A model generated the notes under the pieces. It was not told the DNA's origin. It did not search any database and worked only from the letters and a program-made list of their open reading frames with translations. A DNA stretch of 39,804 bases from Chiloscyllium plagiosum (taxonomy: Eukaryota): positions 9,564,932-9,604,735 of the forward strand of contig NC_057753.1 of assembly GCF_004010195.1 (NCBI RefSeq). The letters are read 5' to 3'. Shown here in pieces: positions 11,401 through 23,390 of the stretch. Positions within the stretch are counted from its first letter, which is position 1. Every line of letters starts with the position of its first letter. Position numbers and translations under genes: made by a program.

Positions 11401-13105
11401 GGTGTGTTTTTAAAACAAGGTTAAACGTAGTCTTTTAAAATTTTTCAGCCTGTTCAGAAATGTTATTCCAGACCTCTGGAAGGCTGAAACATTAGGAAAC
11501 TTTCAAACATAAACGAAAGGATACTAAAAAAGGAATAAAAGTAAATTACTAAAAGAAACTAGCACAAAATATCAAAAAGAATAGCAAAAGCTTCTGTTGG
11601 TATGCTGAAGGGGACACAGTCGCTAAGGTAAATGTCGGTCACTGATAAATGAAAACGGTGAGTTAATGGGGAACACTGAAATGGCACAAATGCTAAATCA
11701 ATACCTTTCCTCAGTTTTCACATTGGAGCACAATACTACAATTCCTATTGGAACGGGCAAGGCAGAGGCTATAGAAAGGGTAGAACTTAAACAATCAGCG
11801 TTGACAGGGAAAAGGTACACAGCAAACTATTAAGATTGAGGGCAGACAAGTCCCCTGGGCCTGATGGCCTACATGCTAGGGTACTAAAGAAAGTGACAGT
11901 GGAGAAAGTGGATTCATTAGTTATAATATTCCAAAATTCCCTGGACATGGGAAAGATTCATCCAGTTCAAGACTGAGATAGATAGTTTTTGATTGTCAAG
12001 AGGATCAAAGGCTATCGGAAGAAAGTGAGAGAATTAATTTGAGAAACTTATCAACAATATTGTATGGTTGGCTCAATGGGCTGAATGGCATAATTTCTGC
12101 TCCTATGTCTTATGATCCTACTGTTCCAGTGGATTGGAAAAACGCTAATGTAATGCCTGCTTTCAAAAAGTGAAGGAGGCAATATGTGGTAAAATGCAGA
12201 TCAGTTAGTTTAACATCTGTTGTTGGGAAGGTGTTAGAATCAATTCTCGAGGAAGCAATATCAGGATATTTGGCAAGTCAAGACTCTATCCATCAGAGTC
12301 TGCATCGTTTAATGAAGGGCAAATCATATTTGACTAATTTATTAGAGTTCCTCAACGATGTAACAAGCGAAGTGGATAATGGGGATCTTGCAATTTACAG
12401 AAGCATTTGCCAGTGTGCCACACAAAAGGTTAATTCAGAAGGGAATGGGGTGATATATCAGCTTGGATAGGTGACTATCTGATGGGCAGAAAACGGACAG
12501 TCCAAATCGATGGCTTTTTTTCTGGATAGCAAGATGCAACTAGCGAGATGCCACAGGGATTGGTCCTTGGATCCCAGCTACTTACAATCTACATTAGCAA
12601 CTTGCATCAAGGAATAAAAGGCTCCATAGCGGATGACAAAAAATAGGTGGGATGGTAAATTGTAATTTAGAACCTTAGGAGAATGGGCCAAAATGTGGTA
12701 GATGGAGTTTAACGTGGATAAGTTAATAACGTGGATAACATAGTCATGCATTTTGGTTGAAAAAAAAACAGGAAGGCGATCTATTACCTAATTGGGGAGA
12801 CAGTTTGGGGTGCTCTGGTGTAGAGGGATCTGGGTATCCTAGTTTAGTCACAGAACACCAGCATGCAGGTTCAGCAGATAATAAAGAAAGTGAATTGAGC
12901 GTTGGTTTTCATAACTAAAGGAATAGAATATAAAGGTAAGGAAGTGTTGCTGCAACTATACATGGCACTGCTGAAGGATTGTGCACCGTTTGAATCCTCT
13001 TATTTTAGCAAAGATGTAGTGACATTGGAGGCAGTTCACAGGAAGTTCACTGATGGTTCCCAGAGATGAGGGATTTGTCGTATGAAGAGAGATTGAACAG
13101 ATTAG

Positions 13106-13415
13106 TGGGCGGCACGTTGGCACAGTGGTTAGCACTGCTGCCTCACAGCGCCGGAGACCCGGGTTCAATTCCCACCTCAGGCGACTGACTGTGTGGAGTT
13201 TGCACGTTCTCCCCGTGTCTGCGTGGGTTTCCTCCGGGTGCTCCGGTTTCCTCCCACAGTCCAAAGATGTGCAGGTCAGGTGAATTGGCCATGCTAAATT
13301 GCCCGTAGGTAAGGGGTAAATGTAGCGGTATAGGTGAGTTGCGCTTCGGCGGGTCGGTGTGGACTTGTTGGGCCGAAGGGCCTGTTTCCACACTGTAATC
13401 TAATCTAATCTAATC
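13106..13415 (+). mobile_element. HE1-type V-SINE, full length
   Basis: tRNA head with A box TGGCACAGTGG and B box GGTTCAATTCC, central CTGTGTGGAGTTTGCACGTTCTCCCCGTGTCTGCGTGGGTTTCCTCCGGGTGCTCCGGTTTCCTCCCAC, CR1-like tail and (AATCT)n end. Confidence 0.92.
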
Positions 13416-13510
13416 GAGATTCTCTAGGATTTAGAAGAATGAGAAGGGCCTGTTTCCACACTGTAATCTAATCTAATCTAATCTAGATTCTCTAGGATTT
13501 AGAAGAATGA
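13375..13510 (+). repeat. 68-bp tandem duplication spanning SINE tail and host CR1
   Basis: GAAGGGCCTGTTTCCACACTGTAATCTAATC...GGATTTAGAAGAATGA at 13375-13442 and 13443-13510. Confidence 0.9.
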
Positions 13511-13980
13511 GGGCAGATCAAATTGAGGTGTTGCAGTTAATAAAAGATATGGATAAAGTAGACGTGGAGTAGATGTTTCCTCTTGTGGAGCATTATGGGA
13601 TGAAAGGTCATAGATTTGGAATAAGGGGTAGCAAATTTAAAACAGAGTTGAGGGGAAACTACTATTCCCAAAGGGTTGTGAATCTGTGGAGTTCACTTCC
13701 CCAAAATGGTACATGCTGGGACAGTGAGTAAATTTAAAGAGGAGTTAGACAGATTTTCAACTGGTGATGGGTTGAAGGGTTATGGGAGAAGGCAGGAAAA
13801 TGGGGGTGATGAGCATATCAACCATAATCGAATGGCTCAGCAGACTTGATGGGCCAAATGGCCTCATTCTGCTTCTATATCTTATGAACTTATGAAATCT
13901 GGAACAGGCAAACATTGAACCCGATCCAGGGTTAGAGTCACTACCTCTGTGTTACAAAACTTCCGTAAAAATATCAAATC

Positions 13981-14053
13981 CTCCCCAGCAGTGAATTGCA
14001 TCCCCAGTTTCCTGAGCCACAGGTGGGGTCACTAACTACTACACTACCGAGGA
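13981..14053 (-). pseudogene. tRNA-Asp-derived pseudogene
   Basis: TCCTCGGTAGTGTAGTAGTTAGTGACCCCACCTGTGGCTCAGGAAACTGGGGATGCAATTCACTGCTGGGGAG aligns end-to-end to vertebrate tRNA-Asp(GTC). Anticodon now GTG, T-loop decayed. Confidence 0.75.
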
Positions 14054-14519
14054 TGCTGGACAGTTGCAAGATGATGGAGATAGGAGTGGAGAATGGGTGG
14101 GTGTTTCAGGAACTATTACAGACATGATAGTCTGAATGGTCACTTAATATACTGTAACATTCTAAAACATTCTAAACCAACCAATGATCTGACCTGTGCC
14201 GCACAAGCGCAGTCCCCCTAGAGAGTCACCAGAGTAATGTACGGGCTGTAGGAAAAGACGGAATTCTCTGTTTGACATGGAATGTAATCCCAACACGCAC
14301 ACCAGGAAGCAGTGATCCACTTGTTCCATAATCACTTGGAACTTCGATCCTAAATACATCAGCGACTTCCTATTGGATTATTTAGTGCTTTAGTTATTCA
14401 ATGGGTCATAATTTTTGCTCACAGGATCTCAGTCAGTTATGAACATCAGACTGACATCTGCTATTTTGTATGGTCAGTCAGGGAGGATCAGTCAGACCGA
14501 TGTTTTATAATGATCCATG

Positions 14520-14805
14520 ATTGGGGAACTGCAGGGATTGGGATTAGGACCCCAGGTATTCACAGTATAAATCAATGATGTAGATGAGAGAATTAATTGG
14601 AATATTTCACAAATTGCAGATGACACAAAGCTGGGTGAAAGGGTGAGCTGTGAGGAGGATGCAATGTTATTTGGACAGGCTGAGTGAGTGGGCAAATGTA
14701 TGGCGGGTGCAGTTTAGTGTGGATCAATGTGAGGTTATCCACTTTGGTGACACTGGTAGAAAGGCAGATTATTTGAATAACTGTAACCTGGGAGATGAGA
14801 ATGTT
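14520..14805 (+). mobile_element. CR1 RT fragment
   Basis: GELQGLGLGPQVF...IND...IADDTKLG motif. Confidence 0.75.
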
Positions 14806-14814
14806 CACTAAGAA

Positions 14815-15762
14815 TTAATCCAAGATGGAAGACGGGAAAACTATGTGATTGTAAGAACTGCTCCTTTTTTGAGATGTTTTAGGTGTTGGAGCTGATTTAT
14901 TTCAAATTCCAGGAGCACAATTACTGTTTTTTTATGCTGTTGCAGTGTTTTGGAACTTTGGAGTAAACAAGTGAAACCAATAGCACTTTTAAAAGGGAGA
15001 AAATCAGCCAAAGGCAGCGAGCACATAGTCTGTATGGAAGAGGGAAATAAACCTACACTGCTAACTGACACAGCAGTGAATCTGTGCAGTTACTGCCTTT
15101 GTTGTTTGAATTCATATATCTCTGGACATCGGAGTGCATCTAGGAAAAATGAACAAACTTCAAAGTTCACAGCTGATCTTGGAGCAACCTGTGTAGGAGA
15201 GCTGACAGCAGGGTAACAGATAAGTGCATAGTTTTAATGAGTAACCTTAAAGTACAGTAGTGAACAGAGTGGGTTATTTCTTGATTATATGTTTTATTGA
15301 AATCTGCCTCTCAATTACATTTTAAAAATACAAACCATAAGTACTAAGTTAGCCTGGAGTACTGTCTTTTAGAGCAAAGCCGGTGGGTGCTATTTTCTGG
15401 GTCTGTATATTTGTGAAGGAGCAAAGAACGCCTTCAGTGGAGTGATATGCTCTTCTTGCCCGAGGTGGGAATTTAACATAGAACATAGAACAATACAGCA
15501 CAGAACAGGCCCTTCAGCCCACGATGTTGTGCCGAACATTTAGGGAGAGTTTACGTGTTATTGAGGGTCATGTCCGTAGAAAGTGGCTTTGGCTGTGAAT
15601 CCTATCATTGAATGGATCAGTTAGCGCGACAGTTAGAGGCAGTGAGGAATTTACAAGAGCTATGGGGGTGTGACTGATGGCCGTTCAAGGAAGGGAGAAA
15701 AGTCGCAGATACAGTCAGATAGATGGAAGACTCCAGGAAAGGTAGGAAGGATAGGCAGGTAG
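14815..15762 (+). mobile_element. CR1 5' UTR and ORF1 N-terminus fragment (with inverted CR1 tail at about 15476-15537)
   Basis: Colinear with 30019-30850 (AATCCAAGATGGA.GACGGGAAAA, CAGTTACTGCCTTTG, CTGGACATCGGAGTGCATCT). The insert begins with (AACATAG)n. Confidence 0.8.
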
Positions 15763-16239
15763 TGACCCAGAAAAAGCGATCTCACAGAGACCAGGGAGCG
15801 ACTTCCCCATCCAACCGCCATCCTGATGTAAAGCAGCTCTTTAACTAATCTGCCCGTGGTTCCAGACTGGGTTCAGGGATTCCAGCTCACTGACCTTCGG
15901 TCTTCAATAAGCAACCGCTTCAAGGTGTTCCTCACCTCGAGCTGCTTGTCTCCAGCTGCAAGCAATTCTGAATCGGGCTCTGGGAGCCGCTGAGACTCGG
16001 TGTCACTGAGGCTGCGTGATGCTTCCAGAAGCAGCACAGCGCATATGCCGCAGGGACAGTCGATCTCCATATTGCGATTGCGCAGTGCCGCCCCTTAGCG
16101 GAGACAGACCGTATTCCGCTCGATAGAGGATTCTGGGTGCTATCTGCACCATTCCACTCAGTAAATTATGCATGTAAAGGTAACCTATGGAATCTGTAGC
16201 AGTTCGTCTGTAGACAAACATTTCACCGGAGTTTTGGAG

Positions 16240-16610
16240 AATTAGAGGGATCTCAGAATAACGTCAATAACTCTGACAGGTTAAACAGGGCGTCGAAGGA
16301 ATGTGTTCCAGGTGACTGGGGTGTCCAGAACCAGACGTCGCAGTCTCATGCATGTAAATGGCTATGAAAGATTGCGAGCCGAAGAATTTTTTTCAGCCAG
16401 AGATTGGGGAATTTTCTCACGCAATAAACAGTTGAAGCTATTATATTGTATGTTTTCAAATGATTTCCATGTAGTTGTTAAGGCGAAAGGGTCAAAAGGC
16501 ATGGAAAATCGGGAATAAGGCCCTGAATTCACAGAACAGGCGTGGTAATATTAATTGGTGGAGCAGGCTTGAAATGCCTGAATTACCCTATTCCAGCTCC
16601 ATTCCCTCTC
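16240..16610 (+). mobile_element. Old CR1-like 3' fragment
   Basis: TTAGAGGGATCTC..., GTCCAGAACCAG, GAGCAGGCTTGAAATGCCTGAATTACCCTATTCCAGCTCC tail motif. Confidence 0.55.
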
Positions 16611-16835
16611 AACCTCAAGGCAGGAACAAACTACCCTGAAGCTAGAAAATAGAAATAAAGACAGAAGATGCTGGAAATACTCAGTACAGCAGCAATTATG
16701 GAGAAAAACAGAGTTAATTGTTAAGATCAGCATCGTTTCATCGGAACTGATAAATTTTTTTGGCAAATAACCTAGGAAGTGGATTGAAAAGGTTACAAAA
16801 GTTCTATGACCACTCCACTGCCTGTTGAGGATTCT

Positions 16836-17139
16836 AGATTAGATTATTCTAGATTAGATTACATTACAAATATTCAAATATTCTAGATTAGATTACATTA
16901 CAGCGCCCATACATTTACCCCTTTTAACGTAACACTACGGGCAATTTTAGCATGGCCAATTCACCTAACCCACACATCTTTGTGACTGTGGGAGGAAACC
17001 GGAGCACCCGGAGGAAACCCACGCAGACACGGGGAGAACGTGCAAACTCCACACAGTCAGTCGCCTGAGTCGGGAATTGAAACCGGGTCTCTGGCGCTGT
17101 GAGGCAGCAGTGCTAACCACTGTGCCACCGTGCCGCCCA
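16836..17139 (-). mobile_element. HE1-type SINE (internal deletion, expanded tail)
   Basis: Reverse complement matches 13106-13415. (AGATT)n tail is repeated. Confidence 0.9.
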
Positions 17140-17673
17140 TATTCATCGCTATATTACTCTGCTCTTGTACATCGTTCAGGGGAGCACCTTTTATTTTGTA
17201 CTGTCTCATCCGTAGGAAGCCCTGCAGTAATCTCGTACACTGTTTCAAATAACAATGTCCTCCGGGGGACATGAAAAGTCATGAATGATAAGATCGTCAG
17301 TCGTAATTTCCTGCACAGAACTGATTTTGCCCGTTCTGCTCCTTCCCTATTCCAATGTCTGAGAGAGATTTGCAGAGCGTATCCCATCCCCCAGCACAGC
17401 CTGCAGTAGAGGAAGATAGTTTAATCCATCTGTCAACGGAAACAACCCAATCACGGGGAAATGGGACAAATTACACCGTCCCTGAATGGAAATAAGCTGT
17501 TCATTGCTGCTTTCATTGCCCTAAGCAATGGGCTTTAATTTCTAATCAATCTGTTCAGAGATGTTATTAACCACCACTGGGATAGATGGAACCTGAACAC
17601 GGGTCTCCCATATCCGAGGTAGGGACACTACCACTGTGTGTGTGTGTCACCTGGTTTAGTGGTAAGTGGCTCT

Positions 17674-17747
17674 CCCTGGTTGGTCTGGCGGGATGATTCT
17701 TGCTTCGGGTGAATGGAGAGAATGCAAGAGGTTGCGGTTCAAGCACC
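17674..17747 (+). pseudogene. tRNA-Pro(CGG)-derived pseudogene with 13-nt insertion at intron position (17710-17722)
   Basis: GTTGGTCTGGCGGGATGATTCTTGCTTCGGG[TGAATGGAGAGAA]TGCAAGAGG vs tRNA-Pro GTTGGTCTAGGGGTATGATTCTCGCTTCGGG|TGCGAGAGG. Stem CTTGC/GCAAG pairs. Acceptor and T arms decayed. Confidence 0.75.
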
Positions 17748-18749
17748 TTGTTTGTTTGATTAGGTTCGTTTATTCGTCTTTTAAATCAAATATTTGACAG
17801 TGCGTTAAGGTGGCTTTTTTTAAAATGTGTTGTTCAACTCGTTTAATTCTGGAATCCGAGCTAGAAATGACCAGAGGTTACTCGCTGAATGTGTTCAGAG
17901 TATAGATTCGAAGTGACCATGACTCAAAGTCTGGAGTGGCTCATGAAACAGCGCAGTGACTGTGAGTAAAATGATGGAAAATTGCGGTCGAAAAGGAGGC
18001 GATCCTGAAGCAGAAACATGAGGACAAAAGTGTTTCATTTGCTGTGAAAGGCACTGCTTCACAAAGTGGGGACTATTGAAGGAAAGCAGTGACGGTGATT
18101 ACCTTTCTGGTTGTTCACTTTGTGAAAGATCCCATTGCTGCGCATGTAACGTCACAACTCTGCAGCATGTCAGCCCTAACTGTGCATGCGGCCAGTGGTG
18201 CACACATCAGGAGATTGTAAGGTTAATTCCTACTGCACTCGAGTGCAAGTCACGACTTCGTTTTATATCCAAACACATCTTTCTCATTGTCCTGAAGCCG
18301 AGGTGTGGTTTGAATTCCTGATGGGCTGGAATGAATGAGAATCCTTTAACTGTCTCACATCAATAAATGTGCCCGAGAGCATCAGTCAATCTCACAGCGC
18401 TGTCAGAGGAGGGGAAACTGAAATAGTCCTACAGACTGCTCATGGGCACCATTCCATTTCCCAAACTCACCAACCCAACCACTGCAGTCCTGGGATTGGA
18501 AACGAAACAGAACAGCAAACCTTCTCATCAGATTTGTGAAACTTCCGAAATACTTTGGGAATTGGAATCAGATGGGAATGAAAGATGAGCTGTCCGGCTG
18601 AGCAGAGACCGACAAGGCAGCTCTCCTTCCTTTTAGAGGCTGCAACATTGACTCTCAAGTGGTTGGGGACATTAACTGATCCGAGACGTTGAAAGGATTC
18701 CTGTCGGAGCTGTTTTGCTATTGTTACCATCAGGAACAATAAACTCAGA

Positions 18750-18821
18750 TTCCCTGACTGGGAGTCGAACCCGGACCGCGGTGGTGAAAGCAGCAGATCC
18801 TAATCATTACACCACCAGGGA
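18750..18821 (-). tRNA. tRNA-Glu(TTC), degenerate, probable pseudogene
   Basis: TCCCTGGTGGTGTAATGATTAGGATCTGCTGCTTTCACCACCGCGGTCCGGGTTCGACTCCCAGTCAGGGAA. Acceptor stem intact, C-C mismatch in anticodon stem, D-loop GG lost. Confidence 0.85.
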
Positions 18822-19486
18822 TAAAAGCACCAGGGCTAAAAGCAGCAGGGCCCGCATCATTTCTTAATGACACAGTTTTTGACCTGGGTTGATCGGAGAT
18901 AAGTTTCTCCTTCGAAATGCTTGAGGCATCGAGTTTTTACCACACAGCAAGAGGCCCAACATCCCAGTTTGCCAGCATTTGTCCTGTAGTCTTGTGTGCT
19001 CTGACGTTTCAAGTGTTCATCTCAATGAACATTCCCCTGTATTGTTTTAGTCTCAAATAACACAACGATTGGGACTGAGGTTTGAGATGGGTTCACACAC
19101 CCTTGGGAATTGAACTTCATTTTCAGCCACAAGATGAAACACACTGACACATGCCCCGGAGAGTGACAGCGGCCTCTGGAAAGAGCAACCCTCAACGAAG
19201 TAGGCTTATATTGCTCAATTTCAGACTTCAAAACCAGAGTGTAGTTACAGCAAAGAAAGGGAGCATTCGGTCATTACCCTGTCCATGTTCTTCCCCTATC
19301 TAATCACTGAGCTACTGAGGCAGTACTGTGTGTTTTGAGAGAGGGGTTCTCATGCACTACCAACAGCAATGTAGTAGATGATTGGACAGCTTGTATATTT
19401 AAAACAAGTCACAACAAAAAGAGTCAAGGGGATCATGTACAGAAGGATGGGAGAATGCAATGCCGAATCAGACAGTATCCAGAGTG

Positions 19487-19678
19487 ATAGAACATAGAAG
19501 AATACAGCGCAGTACAGGCCCTTTGGCCCTCGATGTTGCGCCGATCCAAGCCCACCTAACCTACACTAGCCCACTATCCTCCATATGCCTATCCAATGCC
19601 CGCTTAAATGCCCATAAAGAGGGAGAGTCCACCACTGCTACTGGCAGAGCATTCCATGAACTCACGACTCGCTGAGTA
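19487..19678 (-). mobile_element. CR1 3' tail fragment
   Basis: ATAGAACATAGAAGAATACAGCGCAGTACAGGCCCTTTGGCCCTCGATGTTG is the reverse complement of a CR1 terminus. Confidence 0.75.
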
Positions 19679-20023
19679 AACACAGCGAGTTCTGGTTTGT
19701 TTCACCATATTTCCCACACTACCATGACTTCACCTTATTCACTATTGCTTTGGAATTTCCTGGGATCATGAAAGGTTTTACATAAATGCAATTTTTTTTT
19801 TATTGGGCACAATACAGCATGCATGTGTTAGCAATGGACTCATCTCACCTCCACAGCCAGGGTGTTTCGGCAGCATCATTCCAAGCCTGTAAATCACAAG
19901 ATATCAATGTTTATTCTCAGTCAGGTTTGAACTTGAAGGAGAAAATCTGTTAGTTTATGGAGTCTTGACAACTTGGAAAGTTTATGGCTTCCAGACCAAA
20001 ATGTAGATATTTTAAGCCAGTGT

Positions 20024-20307
20024 GATTAGATTAGATTCCCTACAGTGTGGAAACAGGCCCTTCAGCCCAACAAGTCCACACCAAATTTTCCAACCCACCC
20101 AGACCCATTCCCCTACTCCCTACGAATGCATCTATCACTATGGGCAATTTAGCATGGCCATTCACCTGACCTTTGGACTGTGGGAGGAAACCCATGCAGA
20201 CACAGGGAGAATGTGCAAACTCCACACAGACGGTCACCTGAAGCTGGAATCGAACCCGGGTCCCTGGCGCTGCGAGGCAGCAGTGGTAATCACTGAGCCA
20301 CCGTGCC
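20024..20307 (-). mobile_element. HE1-type SINE
   Basis: Reverse complement colinear with 13106-13415. Confidence 0.9.
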
Positions 20308-20402
20308 ATAATAATAGCTCAATCCAATGTCGATTTTATTTTGGTGACTGAGAATCCTTCGATCACAGTGGTTTACAGTTTGATTGGCTGCTTATGAAAC
20401 CG

Positions 20403-20675
20403 AGGAGAAAGTGAGGGCTGCAGATGCTGGAGATCAGAGCTGAAAATGTATTGCTGGAAAAGCGCAGCAGGTCAGGCAGCATCCAAGGAACAGGAGAATC
20501 GACGTTTCAGGCATAAGCCCTTCTTCAGGAATGAGGAAAGTGTGTCCAGCAGGCTAAGATAAAAGGTAGGGAGGAGGGACTTGGGGGAGGGGCGTTGGAA
20601 ATGCGATAGGTGGAAGACAGGCCGCCTACTTGCGGAATGTTTCAGAGAACACCTCTGGGACACCCGGACCAACCA
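20403..20675. mobile_element. Penelope-derived element, running into gap
   Basis: Same arm as 1539 ff., joined to a GIY-YIG coding piece KTGRLLAECFREHLWDTRTN. Confidence 0.85.
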
Positions 20676-20811
20676 NNNNNNNNNNNNNNNNNNNNNNNNN
20701 NNNNNNNNNNNNNNNNNNNNNNNNNNNNNNNNNNNNNNNNNNNNNNNNNNNNNNNNNNNNNNNNNNNNNNNNNNNNNNNNNNNNNNNNNNNNNNNNNNNN
20801 NNNNNNNNNNN
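20676..20811. other. Assembly gap
   Basis: Run of N. Confidence 1.
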
Positions 20812-21053
20812 TCACATTGACAACAATGTCCTGTTTCTGATTGAATACTGATGAAAAGTATTCATTCAGTGTCTCCCCAATATCTTCAGCCTCCACACGT
20901 GACTTCCCACTACTATCCTTGACTGGTCCTATTCCTACCCTAGTCATTCTTTTATTCCTGACATACCTATAGAAAGCCTTAGGGTTTTCCCTAATCCTAC
21001 CAACTAAGGACCTTCCATGTCCCCTCCTTGCTGCTCTTAGCTCTCTCTTCAGG
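20812..21053 (-). mobile_element. CR1 ORF2 fragment
   Basis: TRVGIGPVKDSSGKSRVEAEDIGETLNEYFSSVF. Confidence 0.85.
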
Positions 21054-22199
21054 TTAAACAGAGATCATCCTGGGTGATCTAGGCTTTTAGATTCAGTCCT
21101 TTTACTGCCATGGCCTGTAATTGGATAACATTGATAGTAATAATATGAAATACTTTCTGATTTTTAAAAGCAGTATTATGTTGTATACGCACATACGTTG
21201 TCAAAATTGAGAGAAATTAATCTGATCCTTTTTGGATCCAATACTTGGGCTGAAACAGGACCATGTAAACTCTTGGATTATCATTAAAATCCGATATTAA
21301 ACAGAGTCACTGTTTTCACAAAACTACAAATGGAGAGGCAGAGCTGGGAGATACAGGACTGAAAGAAGCAACTGCTCCTGCGTTTTCCCCACACCTTTTG
21401 ATCCCTTCTGTTCTAAGAACCAGTGCAGACGCAAAGGCAGAAGTCAATTGTAAAAAAAAAACGGAAAATGCTGGGAAGTCCTATCAGGTCTGGCGGCTTC
21501 TGAAAGTGTGATAGAGGTCAACACTAACACAACCTGATTGTCTTTACTTTGCATCCACGATATCTAATATCCTATTCACAATTCATTCTGGCACATCACG
21601 TTGCCTTTACATCTCCATTACAACATTCTTTTATTGTGCCATGTGGAAACTTTGTGTCAATTAATTGGGCACTGACGGGACAGTTATTTAAACGTGGGTA
21701 CTATGAAACATGTTAGAAAAAGTCATACTGGATAAAATGAGGAGCCACTTCAAGAAATTTTGGGTTCATTCCGGAAAGGAAATGTAGAATTGTTCACAGA
21801 AAATTGTGATGAAAAGTCTCTCGAGTTTTTTTTTTCATGAGAAGTGTTAATGATGCTAATCCAATCGACAGGATGAACATAGATTGGTAAAAGTATTTGG
21901 TAACAGTTGAGCGAAACCGAGATCTGAAGGAATGAAGGGGACAATCAGAGACAGCATTTCAGAACTCCGTTTTCTCCCACTGGTACTGCCAAACCTGCTG
22001 AGTTTCTCCAGCAGTTTCTCTTTTTGTCTGGTATTCTCAGCATCGGCAGTCTTTTCCGTTAGATATTAAATCAATTCAGAGACCCCTTTGTGCTTCCTCA
22101 GTGATTAAGATTTCCGTTTGGGGAACGTCTTCCGGAGCCGATTAAAAACCCAGACCTTCATAGCCAAGAAAGCGTTTGGAGTGAGAACAAAGAGCACTA

Positions 22200-22273
22200 C
22201 GTCCGTGGGTGGCTTCGAACCACCAACCGTTCGGTTAACTGCCGAACGCGCTGACCAATTACACCACAGAGAC
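22200..22273 (-). tRNA. tRNA-Asn(GTT), degenerate, probable pseudogene
   Basis: GTCTCTGTGGTGTAATTGGTCAGCGCGTTCGGCAGTTAACCGAACGGTTGGTGGTTCGAAGCCACCCACGGACG. Invariant U33 changed to A, one acceptor mismatch. Confidence 0.88.
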
Positions 22274-23308
22274 CGCCACCGATGCAGCATTCAGAATCTC
22301 TTCGGGGAGGCTATTAGTGAATTCATAATTCAGCCTGCCCCGCCTAGAATTACAATTGTTCTCTATCAGTGTTACTTTTCCATAATAAAACCTGGGACAT
22401 TCAAAGTGGAGACATGGGGACAGTCTGATCCAACCATCTGCAGACACATCCATGTCACGAAGAACTAGCTCTCCTCCACCGGGGCCATCACCCTTCGAGC
22501 CTTTCAGTGTTTTGCCTGTTCCCGAGTTCTCTCATTGGCTCGGAGGCGAGAAGGGGTTTGAATTCCTGATGTGCAGGAACGACAATTCTTTCAATGTCTC
22601 AGATCAATTCATGTCCCGAGAACATCAGAGTTAATCTCCCGGCCTCTTCAACAAGGGGACGGTGTCTGGACTGTCTCTACTCAGTCGGACAGTTCATCTT
22701 TCATTCTCCTCTAAATACGCTTCCCAAAGAGTTTCTAAAGGTTCACAAAGCTGGAGACTGGGATTTCTGTTTTGCTTCATGAACATTTTTCCATTTCCTA
22801 ACTGACAATATTTTACCAAAATCTCTTCACAATTGTACGTCTTGCATCATGTCCAGGAATGAGGAATTTCCATTTTGTGGAGACATTCCCAAGGTTGGGA
22901 ATGTTCGCTTTCGAGCAAAGAAGGTTAACTGGAGATTTCCTGGGGCTGTTGGGAATGATGGGAGAAGAAGCGGTGGGAATGGGCAGATTAATGATCAGAA
23001 GAATCAATTGCCACTGACCAGAGTCAGTTACCAGAGGACAGGGATTGAAGTTCTTGAATGAAAAGCAGCACTTGTGCCGAATAAACACAGAGAATACTGC
23101 AGAAAGCCAAGAGGTCGAGCAGCGTCTGGTGAAAGGTAAACAGAGCTGACGTTGTGAGGCTGGTACGTTGTTTGTTCAGAACCCGAGTTTCCTGCATGGC
23201 AATTAATTCCCAGACATGAGAAAACGGGACTTTATTGAGACGGGTTTTGTGAAGTTTGAGCGATAATGTAACCAACAGGAAGTCATTTAAAATCGCCAGC
23301 GAAGAAAG

Positions 23309-23390
23309 CATAGTCAGCACGTTACCACCCTGGGCGGGGGAGCCCCAAAGGATCTCTACGCCAACACCTTAAATGTTCGGCCACAGATAC
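23309..23390 (-). pseudogene. tRNA-Ser(AGA) pseudogene
   Basis: 82 nt, GTATCTGTGGCCGAACATTTAAGGTGTTGGCGTAGAGATCCTTTGGGG...GCCCAGGGTGGTAACGTGCTGACTATG aligns to GTAGTCGTGGCCGAGTGGTTAAGGCGATGGACTAGAAATCC..., including the long variable arm. B box destroyed. Confidence 0.75.

Larger units (their letters stand above)
11482..13897 (+). mobile_element. 5'-truncated CR1-clade LINE ORF2 remnant with nested insertions
   Basis: KSPGPDGLH, VSLTSVVGKVLESI, KGKSYLTNLLEF. 3' tail CTTATGAACTTATGAA. Candidate TSD TCTGGAA at 11475-11481 and 13898-13904. Nested CR1 3' piece at about 11958-12120. Confidence 0.88.

Noticed and set aside
10794..11438. Overlapping 70-120 aa ORFs
   Set aside because: Expected from high GC content, with no recognisable domain.
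13106..13175. SINE heads as tRNA genes (also 8277, 17070-17139, 20240-20307, 30859)
   Set aside because: They have A/B boxes but continue as HE1 body and form no cloverleaf.
16836..16900. CRISPR-like repeated CTAGATTAGATTA units
   Set aside because: This is slippage of the SINE (AATCT)n tail, with no unique spacers, no cas genes and a eukaryotic context.
17560..17640. tRNA-like sequence (also 11450-11481 plus 13905-13960)
   Set aside because: It appears to be a degenerate dispersed SINE-like repeat and no isotype can be assigned.
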